DNA of 64,000 nucleotides from an uncultured SAR86 cluster bacterium (GTDB lineage Bacteria; Pseudomonadota; Gammaproteobacteria; Magnimaribacterales; D2472): NCBI GenBank assembly GCA_902626385.1, contig CACOEZ010000002.1, positions 17,509 to 81,508 of the forward strand, read 5' to 3'. Shown piece by piece: positions 13,363 to 23,825 of this stretch (position 1 is its first letter; each line of letters starts with the position of its first letter). The notes under the pieces were generated by a model. It saw only the letters and a program-made list of their open reading frames with translations, ran no database searches and was not told where the DNA came from. The position numbers and the translations under genes were made by a program.

Positions 13363-13896
13363 TTAACTTTTTACTAATTTAATAATTTCAGATGCTACTT
13401 CTTGACTAGATTTGTTTTCAGTATTTACAACATGGTCAGCAACAGCTTCATAAAGACTTTCTCTGTCTTTCTGAAGTTTGGTCAGTATTTTTTCAGGATC
13501 ACCATTCTTTAGTAATGGTCTATCTTTGTCTTTAGCAGTTCTCTCAAGTTGGACTGATATTGGTGTCGAAAGATAAAAAACTGTACCTCTGGAGGATAAA
13601 AGTTCCCTATTTTCCTCTGATAAAATAATTCCTCCTCCTGTAGAAAGTACTATTGAGTTTCTTTTAGCCATATCCTGCAAAATAGAACTTTCTCTTTTTC
13701 TAAAACCATCCTCACCCTCAAGATCAAAAATCCAATCTATAGATGCACCAGTCCGAGTCTCTATTTCTTCATCCGTATCTAAAAAGCTCAAAAATAATTC
13801 GTCAGAAATAATTTTTCCGACTGTTGATTTTCCTGAACCCATCGGCCCAACAATAAATATATTCATAGTTTTAAAAATTTGACGTGATTTTAACAT
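13363..13896 (-). CDS. aroK: Shikimate kinase; probable start 13866
   Basis: GPMGSGKSTVG, IFDLEGEDGFR, RPLL. Confidence 0.95.
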   Translation of the reverse strand: MLKSRQIFKTMNIFIVGPMGSGKSTVGKIISDELFLSFLDTDEEIETRTGASIDWIFDLEGEDGFRKRESSILQDMAKRNSIVLSTGGGIILSEENRELLSSRGTVFYLSTPISVQLERTAKDKDRPLLKNGDPEKILTKLQKDRESLYEAVADHVVNTENKSSQEVASEIIKLVKS

Positions 13897-13967
13897 TTAA
13901 GCGAAGAAAAACACTTTTTTGCATATTAAATGATGTATTCTCTCAAATGAAAGAATTAAAATAAATT

Positions 13968-16409
13968 ATGCAAAAAATTATCAAATATCTCTTTTATTTT
14001 GGAGTTTCAATATGCGTTTTTGCAATAACAGCAATTGTTTCAGCTAATATATATTTAAGACCAACTTTACCTGAGATAAATTTAGTTGATCAGTCAGAGC
14101 TTCAAATGCCCTTAAAAGTCTACACGAAAGATGAAAAACTCATTGGAGAGTTTGGTGAAATTAAGAGAAGGGCGATTAGTTATGAAGAAATACCTGACGA
14201 CATTAAAAACGCTTTTTTAGCTGCTGAAGACGATAATTTTTTTAATCATCAGGGTATAAGTTATACCGGTCTTTTAAGATCTTTCTTGAGATGCTTAAGA
14301 CCATCAGGATGTGAGGGTGGTGGAGGTACTATCACTATGCAAGTGGTAAGAGGTTATTTACTGACAAGAGAGCAAACTATAATTAGAAAATTAAAAGAAA
14401 TATTTCTTGCACTTGAACTAGAAGGTAATTTAGAAAAAGAGGAAATATTCGAGCTTTATGTAAACAGAATTTTTCTAGGCAATAGATCATACGGAATTCA
14501 GGCGGCATCAAATACATATTTTGATAAAAGTTTAAGTGAACTAAATATTTCAGAATCTGCAACTATTGCCGCATTGGCTCAGCTACCCTCAAGAGTTAAT
14601 CCAGTTAAAGATCCTAGAAGAACATTACAAAGAAGAAATTGGATTTTATCCAGAATGCTTCTTTTAAATTTCATTAGTGAAGACGAATATAAAAAATCTA
14701 TTTCTGAGAATATCCTAATTGCAAATAATATTAATCTTTATGATATAGATGCAGGATATATAGCAGAACTAGTTCGTCAGGATATTGTAAGCAGATATGG
14801 CTTACGAGCTTACAAAGAGGGATGGTCGGTTTACACAACTATTAATTCAGAATCACAAAGAGCATCAAAAGAAAGTATGATGCAGGAATTATTCTTGTAT
14901 GACAAAAGACATGGATGGAGAAATAAACAAAACTTTTCAAATATTTTTAATGATGATCAGAAACAAAATTTAGATGAGTTAGATTTAGATTTTTTGTTTG
15001 AAGGAAAATATTTTAACAATATAGACCTCGATGATAGTGATATAACTAATCAAATTAGCAATATTTTTAATTCATTTCCATATTTTAGAACTCATACCAA
15101 AGCCATTGTAATAAGAGTAGATGAGAAAAAAATTATTTGTATTAATCAAAACTTAGATCTTATTGAAGTTACATGGTCAAACGAATACTATTGGGCGCGA
15201 CTGCAAGAATCTATTGATAAGCTTGGACCAAAGCCTGGAGGATTTAAAGATATTTTAGAGTTTGGAGATTTTATTTACTTAAAAAATATAAATGACTTTT
15301 ATACCCTTGATCAAATTCCAAATGTTGAATCTTCAATTATTTCAATTGATCCAAACTCGGGAGAAATAATCGCATATCATGGCGGTAAAAATTTTAATTC
15401 AAGCAATTTTGATAGAGTAAGATTATCTTATCCTCAATCTGGCTCGAGCTTTAAGCCATTTATATATGCCTCTGGCTTGGCCAATGGATATAATCTCTCA
15501 TCTCTAATTAATGATGCTCCAATAGCATTTGAAGATGAAAACCTTGAAAGTGTCTGGCGCCCTCAAAATTATACTGGTGAATTTTATGGACCGATTTCAT
15601 TGAGAGAGGCACTCACAAAATCTGTGAATATTGTATCTATAAAACTTTTAAGAGAGTTGGGTATAGATAAATCAAAAAATTATTTAGAAAAATTTGGATA
15701 TGATTATTCCAGGCTACCTAATGATCTATCTTTAGCACTTGGATCGGGAAATTTCTCTCCTGCTGAAATGGTTAGAGCCTATAGCGTGATTGCATCTAAT
15801 GGATATATTCCTGATATACATTATGTTCACAAAATACTTGATAGAAATGGAAATATAATTTTCTCTCATGAAGATTATTTAGAACAAATAAAAAACATCA
15901 ACATAAATGCTTTTCCTTGGCTTGATACATTGGAGATGAGCATAAAATCTCCATACTATATTCTTAAACCCCTTAATAAAAAAGAACAAGTGATCGATGA
16001 AAGAGTCTCATACTTAATTAAAGATACTCTCGAAGGATTCATGAGAAATGGAGTTGCAGGGAGAAAGTCAGCATTTCTCAAAAGAAATGACATTGGTGGA
16101 AAAACTGGAACAACAAACGATTCTGTTAGTACCTGGTTCTCAGGTTTTCACGAAGATCTTGTAACTACAGTATGGGTCGGAACTGATGATTTTACTTCAC
16201 TTGGTAAAAATGAATACGGTTCTACAATAGCCTTACCAATATGGTTGAGCTATATGAATAATGAACTTAAAAGACTTGAGGTTACGAACAAAAAAATTCC
16301 AGAGGATATATCGTTTGTAAGGGTTAATAAGTTAACAGGAAATCCAGAGAAAGAATCTACTGAAAATGATTATTTTGAATTATTTTTAGAAGAAAATATT
16401 AATTTTTAA
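13968..16409 (+). CDS. mrcA: Penicillin-binding protein 1A
   Basis: N-terminal TM, transglycosylase EDDNFF.HQG and GGTITMQ, transpeptidase SSFK, SVN and KTG motifs. Confidence 0.92.
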   Translation: MQKIIKYLFYFGVSICVFAITAIVSANIYLRPTLPEINLVDQSELQMPLKVYTKDEKLIGEFGEIKRRAISYEEIPDDIKNAFLAAEDDNFFNHQGISYTGLLRSFLRCLRPSGCEGGGGTITMQVVRGYLLTREQTIIRKLKEIFLALELEGNLEKEEIFELYVNRIFLGNRSYGIQAASNTYFDKSLSELNISESATIAALAQLPSRVNPVKDPRRTLQRRNWILSRMLLLNFISEDEYKKSISENILIANNINLYDIDAGYIAELVRQDIVSRYGLRAYKEGWSVYTTINSESQRASKESMMQELFLYDKRHGWRNKQNFSNIFNDDQKQNLDELDLDFLFEGKYFNNIDLDDSDITNQISNIFNSFPYFRTHTKAIVIRVDEKKIICINQNLDLIEVTWSNEYYWARLQESIDKLGPKPGGFKDILEFGDFIYLKNINDFYTLDQIPNVESSIISIDPNSGEIIAYHGGKNFNSSNFDRVRLSYPQSGSSFKPFIYASGLANGYNLSSLINDAPIAFEDENLESVWRPQNYTGEFYGPISLREALTKSVNIVSIKLLRELGIDKSKNYLEKFGYDYSRLPNDLSLALGSGNFSPAEMVRAYSVIASNGYIPDIHYVHKILDRNGNIIFSHEDYLEQIKNININAFPWLDTLEMSIKSPYYILKPLNKKEQVIDERVSYLIKDTLEGFMRNGVAGRKSAFLKRNDIGGKTGTTNDSVSTWFSGFHEDLVTTVWVGTDDFTSLGKNEYGSTIALPIWLSYMNNELKRLEVTNKKIPEDISFVRVNKLTGNPEKESTENDYFELFLEENINF

Positions 16410-17001
16410 AAATGCTAATAGCTAATAATTCCCATATATTCTCAATATAGGATGATGGAGAGTCTTTAAATTTAGATCTTATATATCTTGAAACATTTCC
16501 TTCTAAAGTTGTGAGAATTAATTGAGCAGAGATACCTGGTTGCGTAACTAGGTTTTCGTTATCATCTTTTAGTACCTGTCTGAGGAATAATTCATACCTT
16601 TCATAAAATTGATTGACATTATCAGTTACATTTTGCTCATCAGCAGACAAAGCCTCTCTCGATAAAAGTCTTGCAAATCCCTTATTTTTTTCTACAAATA
16701 TAATAAAGAACATAAAAGCATTTTTTATTTTATCTTTCGCAGATATTTTTTCCTTTTTTAATTCGTTGCACTTAGCAAATATGGCACTGTCACAAAAAGA
16801 AAATAATTCTGCGTATATTGATCTTTTGCTAGGAAAATGTCGATAAAGAGCAGCTTCTGTAATTCCAGACTTCTCTGCAAGCAAAGCTGTTGTTACCTTA
16901 GACATATTTCTCTCTTCAAGCATACTTGCTAATGATTGAAGAATTATTTGTTTTCTGTCTTCTTTCATATCTAATGTAAATTTACTCCAATATTGGGACA
17001 A
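16399..17001 (-). CDS. slmA: Nucleoid occlusion factor SlmA (TetR family); probable start 16968
   Basis: ILQSLASMLE..VTTALLA...GITEAALYRHFPSK; downstream of algC. Confidence 0.82.
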   Translation of the reverse strand: MSQYWSKFTLDMKEDRKQIILQSLASMLEERNMSKVTTALLAEKSGITEAALYRHFPSKRSIYAELFSFCDSAIFAKCNELKKEKISAKDKIKNAFMFFIIFVEKNKGFARLLSREALSADEQNVTDNVNQFYERYELFLRQVLKDDNENLVTQPGISAQLILTTLEGNVSRYIRSKFKDSPSSYIENIWELLAISIFKN

Positions 17002-18341
17002 ATGCGAGAAAGTTCATTTATAAAATCATCATATATTTTCTTTAAATTCTTCTCATTATTAGCCTCAAATCTACATACTAATTTTGGCGTTGTATTAGAT
17101 GCTCTAATTAATCCCCAGCCATTATTAAAATTAATCCTAAGGCCATCAATGGTCACCTTTTCTCCATCTAATGTGCATTCTTTTTTAAATTTTTCAATTA
17201 CATCAAATTTTTCATCGTCACTAACCTTAATGCTTATTTCAGGTGTTGAAAAAAGCTTTGGTAATTCATCATTTAAGTCAGATATTGTTTTTGAAGATTC
17301 ATGAATAAGCTCAATTACTCTTGCTCCTGAATAATGTCCATCATCAAAACCATACCATTTATCATTAAAAAATATATGTCCACTCATTTCTCCAGCTATA
17401 AGAGGATCATGTTTTTTTATACCATTTTTTATATGAAAATGTCCTGTAGGCGACATTATTGGTGTTCCTCCATGTTTAAAAATAATTTCAGATAACACGT
17501 TAGAACATTTAACATCAAAGATAATCGAACCACTTTTTTTGCTCAAAATATCTTTACTAAACATCATTAATATTCTGTCAGGAAAAACTATTTCACCATT
17601 ATTTGTAACAAGCCCAACTCTATCGCCATCTCCATCAAATGCTAGACCTAAATCAGCATTTTCTTTTTTTACTATTCTAATTAGATCCTCAAGGTTTTTT
17701 GGATCACCAGGATCTGGATGATGATTTGGAAAATTACCATCAATTTCTGAAAAGATTTCTATAACTTCACAACCTAATTTTTTATAGAGCTCTGGAGCAA
17801 TACAACCGGCAGCACCATTTCCACAATCAATAACAACTTTAATTTTATTATTTTCAGGAAGATTTAAATTTTTATAAACCTCATCTATGTAATTACTCTT
17901 AAAATCTTTTTTTAGTACCTCTCCTGAATTTTCAGACACATCAAAGCTCTCTTGCATCAATGCATAAATCTCATTTCCTGAAACAGGTTTATCATTTATT
18001 ACCAATTTAATGCCATTATGATTTTTTGGATTATGACTGCCAGTAACCATTATCCCACTTTTACTGTTACTTTTTTTTGCTGCATAGTAAAGAACAGGAG
18101 TTGTCACAAGACCGACATTAATAGCATTTATGCCTGATTCAGTTATTCCATTAATTATCGATTCTAATAAGACTTCTCCAGATATTCTTCCATCTCTACC
18201 AATACAGATTTCATTAATATTTTCGGATTTACATTTAGCTGCAATTGCATGAGCAATCTTTCTAAAAACATCAGAATTTATTTGATCTGGATATTCACCT
18301 CTTATGTCATATTCTCTGAATATTGACTTCTCAATTTCCAT
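16971..18341 (-). CDS. algC: Phosphomannomutase/phosphoglucomutase
   Basis: FREYDIRG, TGSHNP, DGDGDR, GEMSGH, RASNTTP. Confidence 0.92.
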   Translation of the reverse strand: MEIEKSIFREYDIRGEYPDQINSDVFRKIAHAIAAKCKSENINEICIGRDGRISGEVLLESIINGITESGINAINVGLVTTPVLYYAAKKSNSKSGIMVTGSHNPKNHNGIKLVINDKPVSGNEIYALMQESFDVSENSGEVLKKDFKSNYIDEVYKNLNLPENNKIKVVIDCGNGAAGCIAPELYKKLGCEVIEIFSEIDGNFPNHHPDPGDPKNLEDLIRIVKKENADLGLAFDGDGDRVGLVTNNGEIVFPDRILMMFSKDILSKKSGSIIFDVKCSNVLSEIIFKHGGTPIMSPTGHFHIKNGIKKHDPLIAGEMSGHIFFNDKWYGFDDGHYSGARVIELIHESSKTISDLNDELPKLFSTPEISIKVSDDEKFDVIEKFKKECTLDGEKVTIDGLRINFNNGWGLIRASNTTPKLVCRFEANNEKNLKKIYDDFINELSRICPNIGVNLH

Positions 18342-18403
18342 CTTTTTCTTTAGTTATTCCATTGATTTTGCAATAATACTCAAACTTAATTATATCTTGA
18401 AAA

Positions 18404-19324
18404 ATGTTTGTTAATACTGAAAAAAAATTAATTTGGCAGAATGGACATTTTAAAAAATGGGATGAATCATCTGTTCATATTCTTTCTCACACCCTTCATT
18501 ATGGAACAGGTGTATTTGAGGGAGTTCGAGCATATCAAACAAAAGATGGAGCAGCTATATTCAGGCTAAATGAACATACAAATAGGCTTTATGACGCAGC
18601 TGATAAACTAAACATTGTTATTCCTTTTTCCAAAAAAGAACTCAATTATGCACAATGCGAGATTTTAAATGCTAACGGATTAGATGAAGGATATATTAGG
18701 CCTATTGTTTATCTTGGAAATGAAGGTTTAGGTCTAAGAGCCAAAGATTTAAGCGTTAATGTTGCAATTGCTGCATGGGAATGGCCATCATATATGGATC
18801 CTAAGGCTAAAGAAGATGGCATTTCTGTGATTAAATCTTCTCATACACAATATGAAAATCCACTTCATTCTGGTCACAAAATTATAGGCACATACTTTAG
18901 CAATACCATGGCACTCCATGAGGCACTTGATAAAGGCGCTGATGAGGCATTAATGATGGATAAAAATGGCTATATTTCTGAGGGTAGCGGAGAAAATATT
19001 TTTATAGTCAAAGAAAAAGAAGTTTTTACACCAAAAACTGATCATTGTTTGAACGGCATAACTAGAAAGTCAGTTATAAATATTGCTAATAATCTCGACA
19101 TAAAGGTTATTGAAAAAAATCTAAATTATGAAGATTTAGTAAATGCAGATGAAGCTTTTTTTACTGGAACAGCAGTCGAAATAACTCCAATTACAACTTT
19201 GGATAATCTCAAAATAGCTGATGGAAAAAGAGGTCCGATCACAAGCTTGCTCCAAGAGAATTTTCAAAAAATAATATCAGGCAATCATCCAAAATATAAA
19301 GATTGGCTAACACATACAAAATAG
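18404..19324 (+). CDS. ilvE: Branched-chain amino acid aminotransferase
   Basis: LHYGTGVFEGVRAY, EGSGENIF, LNGITR, FTGTAVEITP. Confidence 0.93.
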   Translation: MFVNTEKKLIWQNGHFKKWDESSVHILSHTLHYGTGVFEGVRAYQTKDGAAIFRLNEHTNRLYDAADKLNIVIPFSKKELNYAQCEILNANGLDEGYIRPIVYLGNEGLGLRAKDLSVNVAIAAWEWPSYMDPKAKEDGISVIKSSHTQYENPLHSGHKIIGTYFSNTMALHEALDKGADEALMMDKNGYISEGSGENIFIVKEKEVFTPKTDHCLNGITRKSVINIANNLDIKVIEKNLNYEDLVNADEAFFTGTAVEITPITTLDNLKIADGKRGPITSLLQENFQKIISGNHPKYKDWLTHTK

Positions 19325-19328
19325 AAGT

Positions 19329-20576
19329 TTGAAAAAACTCAAGATTGCAATTTTAAGTTACAGAAGTGCAAAATTTGGAGGTGGACAAGGGGTATACATA
19401 AAAGATATCTCAAAAGCATTAATAAATTCAGGACATGAAGTTGATGTTATTTCTGGCCCTCCATATCCCGATCTTGTTGATGGAATTAGGTTAATAAAGT
19501 TACCGGGACTAAATTTATTTGAATCCTTTTCCTTTAAAGATAGATTAAAAAAATTCATCAATAAGAGTAACAAATCAATTGATGAGTATTATGAGTTCAT
19601 CTCTGTATTCTTAGGGGGGTTTCCAGAACCAAAAACTTTTGGAAAAAGAGCAAATAATTATTTAAAAGAAAATAATGATTACGATATAGTCATTGACAAC
19701 CAGTCAATAAGCTATGGATTGCTTGATATACAAAAAAGACTGCCTTTAATAGAAATAATTCATCATCCAATAACATTTGATTTCAAGCATGAGCTTGAAT
19801 CATCAAAAAAAATTAAATATAAAATTTCAAGACATAGATGGTATTCCTTTTTGAAAATGCAAAAAAAAGTTGCACCTAAGTTAAATCAAATTATTACACC
19901 TTCAAAAAGCTCGCAGAAAGGAATTTCTGAGGAATTTATGTGCGATTACAAAAATATAAAAGTCATAAATAATGGCCTTGATGCTAGTGAGTTTATTCCA
20001 ATGCCTGAGATTGAAAGGAAAAAAAATAGACTTATAACCACTGCGAGTGCTGACGTTCCGCTTAAAGGATTGGATTATAGTCTTATGGCCATAAAAGCCT
20101 TAAAAAAAGATTTTAAAGACATTGAATTGATAATAGTTGGGAAAATAAAGAAAAATGGTCATACCGAAAGACTTATAAAAGATTTAAATATTAATAAAAG
20201 TGTTTCTTTTAGATCAGAACTTACAAAAAAAGAAATTGCTAAATTATATGCTTCTAGTTCAATAGCAATAGTAAGTTCATTGTATGAGGGTTTTGGATAT
20301 CCTGTGATAGAGGCAATGAGTTGTGAAGTACCGTTGATTGCAACTAATGTATCTTCGATACCTGAGCTTGTCGGATCATATGCCTCTCTTATAGAACCAA
20401 AGAGTTACGATGAAATTTATAAAGCTGTAAAACAAATATTATTAAATTATGATGAATATGAGAGAATTGCCGTCGGTGGAAGACAACATATAATTAATAC
20501 ATTTAATTGGTCTAAAATTACAACTCAATATGAAGATATTATTACCAAAACAATTAAAGAACACGAAAAATGCTAA
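19329..20576 (+). CDS. GT4 glycosyltransferase, similar to mycobacterial MMP alpha-1,4-mannosyltransferase ManT
   Basis: IAILSYRS...GGQGVY, SGPPYP, ASADVPLKG, SLYEGFGYPVIEAMS (GT4 ExF..P..EA). Confidence 0.8.
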   Translation: MKKLKIAILSYRSAKFGGGQGVYIKDISKALINSGHEVDVISGPPYPDLVDGIRLIKLPGLNLFESFSFKDRLKKFINKSNKSIDEYYEFISVFLGGFPEPKTFGKRANNYLKENNDYDIVIDNQSISYGLLDIQKRLPLIEIIHHPITFDFKHELESSKKIKYKISRHRWYSFLKMQKKVAPKLNQIITPSKSSQKGISEEFMCDYKNIKVINNGLDASEFIPMPEIERKKNRLITTASADVPLKGLDYSLMAIKALKKDFKDIELIIVGKIKKNGHTERLIKDLNINKSVSFRSELTKKEIAKLYASSSIAIVSSLYEGFGYPVIEAMSCEVPLIATNVSSIPELVGSYASLIEPKSYDEIYKAVKQILLNYDEYERIAVGGRQHIINTFNWSKITTQYEDIITKTIKEHEKC

Positions 20577-21274
20577 CTTTTAACTTTTCCAAACATAAGA
20601 TAATTAATACAGATGGATTAATGCTGGATGTCGGTTGTGGAGAAGGTAGGCATATATTTGGCGTTATGCAGGAATATCCAAACATGAAATGTATAGGCAT
20701 TGATCCGCATGACGATTCTCTTAAAAAAGCAGAGGAGGGTTATGAATACTTTAAAACAATTTCAAATGCTGGAGCGGAATTTATGGAGGCTTCTGCTTAT
20801 GCATTGCCTTTTCCAGATGAAAGTTTTGATTTAATAGTTTGCTCAGAAGTTCTTGAACATTTGCATGAATATAACGATGCTGTTCAGGAGATATATAGAG
20901 TCTTAAAGAAAGGCGGAAAATTTTATGCAAGTGTTCCTGCCTCTTGGCCTGAAAAAATATGTTGGGCATTATCAAAAGAATATCAAAATCAACCTGGTGG
21001 ACATCTAAGAATTTTCAATCAAAAAAATCTAGTGAAAGAAATTGAAAGTAAGGGTTTTAAATTACTATCTTCTGAAAAATTTCATGCTATTCATGCACCA
21101 TATTGGTGGCTGAGATGTTTGTTTTGGAAAACTCAAGATACAAATCTTATTGTTAATATTTACAAAAAAATTTTAGAAAGACATATTTTAAAGAAACCAA
21201 AAATTCTTGATTTTATTGATAAAATTTTAAATCCAATAATGGGTAAGAGTTTTTCAATGTATTTTGAAAAATAA
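20570..21274 (+). CDS. Class I SAM-dependent methyltransferase (candidate sugar O-methyltransferase)
   Basis: LDVGCGEGRH, CSEVLEH, GGHLRIF, HAIHAPYWWLRC. Confidence 0.8.
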   Translation: MLTFNFSKHKIINTDGLMLDVGCGEGRHIFGVMQEYPNMKCIGIDPHDDSLKKAEEGYEYFKTISNAGAEFMEASAYALPFPDESFDLIVCSEVLEHLHEYNDAVQEIYRVLKKGGKFYASVPASWPEKICWALSKEYQNQPGGHLRIFNQKNLVKEIESKGFKLLSSEKFHAIHAPYWWLRCLFWKTQDTNLIVNIYKKILERHILKKPKILDFIDKILNPIMGKSFSMYFEK

Positions 21275-22313
21275 AATGCACAAACCTCATAACAAATTTG
21301 GAAAAAATTTTATTTTTGAAAAAAACATTTTTTTAAATCTTGCAGAATCAATAAAAAAAATACAATTAAAATCTGGAGCAATCCCATCTAATATAGATAA
21401 TTCACATGATCCTTGGGATCATATTGAGTCAATAATGGGGTTAAATTTTTTACATGACAAGAAATCAGCAGATTCAGCATTTGATTGGCTAAAAAATAAT
21501 CAAAATAAGGATGGTAGCTGGTATTCAAAATATTTAGATACGAACCCTATTGAGTTAAATAAACCAACTCACTTTAGTCCATATATTTCTGTTGCTGCTC
21601 TTCATTACTTCAAAATATTTTCTGATAGAGAAAAACTTATTGAATTATGGGAGACAATATCCAAAGCTATAAATTTTTCTATTAACCTTCAAAATCCAAA
21701 TGGAACAATTCCTTGGTCGGTTGATAAGAATAATAAAATTGAAGAAGATTTTCTTTTAACAGGGTCATCTTCAATCTTAAAAAGTATAGAGTGCGCCATA
21801 AAAATATCTAGAATCCTCGAAAAGAAGGAGAACAAAAGTTGGATGAGAGCATATAAATCTTTGGCACAGGCTGTAAAAAATCCAAATGGATTATTCGATT
21901 TAACTCAAGATCGTTCAAGATTTTCAATGGATTGGTATTATCCAATAATATCTGGAGCTTTATCATCAAAAGAAAGAGATTTTTACATTCAAAAGATTTT
22001 CAAAGATTTTTATGTCGATGGTTTAGGTATTAAATGCGTTATAGAAGAGCCATGGGTAACAGTTGCAGAGACGTCTGAATTTATAATCTCATTAGTAATT
22101 TCAAACAGAGTTGAAGAAGCTAAAAAAATATTTTCTGAAGTAATGAATATTACTGATGTTAATAATGTGCCCTATATGGGCTGGCAATATAAACAAAGTA
22201 TTTTTTGGCCTGAAGAGAAGCCTAGTTGGACATCTGCTGCTCTAATTTTGGCTGCAGATTCTATTTACAATTTTTCAAGTGGCTCAGATATTTTGACTGT
22301 AAATCATTTATAG
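21264..22313 (+). CDS. (alpha/alpha)6-barrel 'prenyltransferase/squalene oxidase repeat' protein, candidate MmpH-like glycan hydrolase
   Basis: DPWDHIE, QW-like repeats WLKNNQNKDGSW and LQNPNGTIPW, RFSMDWYYP, PWVTVAETSE, WPEEKPSWTSAA. Confidence 0.7.
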   Translation: MKNKMHKPHNKFGKNFIFEKNIFLNLAESIKKIQLKSGAIPSNIDNSHDPWDHIESIMGLNFLHDKKSADSAFDWLKNNQNKDGSWYSKYLDTNPIELNKPTHFSPYISVAALHYFKIFSDREKLIELWETISKAINFSINLQNPNGTIPWSVDKNNKIEEDFLLTGSSSILKSIECAIKISRILEKKENKSWMRAYKSLAQAVKNPNGLFDLTQDRSRFSMDWYYPIISGALSSKERDFYIQKIFKDFYVDGLGIKCVIEEPWVTVAETSEFIISLVISNRVEEAKKIFSEVMNITDVNNVPYMGWQYKQSIFWPEEKPSWTSAALILAADSIYNFSSGSDILTVNHL

Positions 22314-22910
22314 TTTCTTCATACACACGATGGTATCAACTCTCTCAAAATCAATAAAACCATTTTGCAGGGCATACTTATAAACATGATATGGAGCTTG
22401 ACCACCTTCTTCAGGATTTTCATAAATATCATGAATTACTAGCGCTCCTCCGGAGATTATTTTTGTATTCCATGACTTAAAATCTTGCATAGCTGAATCT
22501 AATGAGTGACTTCCATCTATAAAGACCATTGATACCTGTGTGTTCCAATCTTTTGCTGCAATGGAAGATTCTCTGACTATCGGAACGATATTATAAGCTT
22601 TAAAAAGATTTATATTTTTTATTAGTAAAGGAAGAGAGTTTATTTTATTAGTTGATATATCAAAAATTTCTTCATCAAAATATTCTTCATTTATTTGATG
22701 CTCTTCGGACCCTGAATGATGATCAATTGTATAAATAAATTGATTATTTTTTTTAGAACCTTCAGACAAAAATAAAGTTGATTTACCACAATACGTTCCA
22801 ATTTCTAATATGGGCCCATTTTTAGAAAATAATGACGCCCATTTTGTAAGAGCTTCTCCTTCATGAAATGGCATGAAACCTTTTACGCCTGTAAATTTTT
22901 TTATATTCAT
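22308..22910 (-). CDS. Methyltransf_24-type SAM O-methyltransferase, MeT1-like
   Basis: KGFMP..EG, LEIGTYCGKST, DHHSGSEEHQ, FIDGSH, IHDIYENPEEGGQAP. Confidence 0.78.
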   Translation of the reverse strand: MNIKKFTGVKGFMPFHEGEALTKWASLFSKNGPILEIGTYCGKSTLFLSEGSKKNNQFIYTIDHHSGSEEHQINEEYFDEEIFDISTNKINSLPLLIKNINLFKAYNIVPIVRESSIAAKDWNTQVSMVFIDGSHSLDSAMQDFKSWNTKIISGGALVIHDIYENPEEGGQAPYHVYKYALQNGFIDFERVDTIVCMKKL

Positions 22911-23779
22911 TTATATAATTTGGTTTTACCTAATGTAGATTTAAATCTCCTGTGCTGCCATAAATATTCATGTGGATAAGCTTTAACTTTTTGTTCAACA
23001 TAATCATTTAAGGCTTGCATGAATCTATGTTCATCATCACATTCAAAATTTATTTCTTGAATATCCAATATTAAAGAATTTTCATCGTAATAGCTGTTAA
23101 CAAAATATGGCTTACAGCCTGTTGCATTAATTAGTTTAAAAGGAGCAGATATCGTAGCTGATGGATGACCAAAAAAATTTACAATAATAGACTTACTTAA
23201 TCCATAGTCTTGGTCAGGTGCATATAGTACAGTTTTACCCCCCTTTAACCATTTCATGAAAGTGACGGTATTTTTTCTATCTGTAACACCTTTTAGACCT
23301 TTGAGTCTACCTTTTCTTTGAATATCAGAGAATTCTTTTGAATTATGCTCTCTTTCAATGCCGTATAAATCACAATGCATTCCTAGAATTCTTGCGTCTA
23401 ACTCCAAATGAAGCGAATGTTTAAAAAATAATATAACGCCTTTTTTATTTCTTTGATTTTCCTTTAAGCTTTCAATTCCATTTAATTTAAAAGATAAACT
23501 ATTTCTTATTCTTCTATCACTCCAAAACCATGAAATTCCTGTGTCAAATAAAATATTTCCAGAGCAAATTACGTTCTTCTTATAGATATCTCTTCTGTCT
23601 TGGAGATTTAGATCAGCAAAACAAAGATTGATATTTGCCTCACTATATTTATTTCTTTTAAAAGGAATTTTTAGAAGGATATTTCCTATTAATTGGCCAA
23701 GCATTAAGTGAGCTCTTCTAGGGAGAAGCATTATAATTTTCCAGAAATAAACTGAAATTTTTAAAATAAGACTATTCAT
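22907..23779 (-). CDS. lpxL: Lipid A biosynthesis late acyltransferase (LpxL/HtrB family)
   Basis: HxxxxE (HSLHLE), YAPDQDYG, FFG, EYLWQHRRFK; divergent from waaA. Confidence 0.85.
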   Translation of the reverse strand: MNSLILKISVYFWKIIMLLPRRAHLMLGQLIGNILLKIPFKRNKYSEANINLCFADLNLQDRRDIYKKNVICSGNILFDTGISWFWSDRRIRNSLSFKLNGIESLKENQRNKKGVILFFKHSLHLELDARILGMHCDLYGIEREHNSKEFSDIQRKGRLKGLKGVTDRKNTVTFMKWLKGGKTVLYAPDQDYGLSKSIIVNFFGHPSATISAPFKLINATGCKPYFVNSYYDENSLILDIQEINFECDDEHRFMQALNDYVEQKVKAYPHEYLWQHRRFKSTLGKTKLYK

Positions 23780-23825
23780 TTAATTTATGGTTGTATTATT
23801 ACATTAATAGTTTAGATTATTATCA

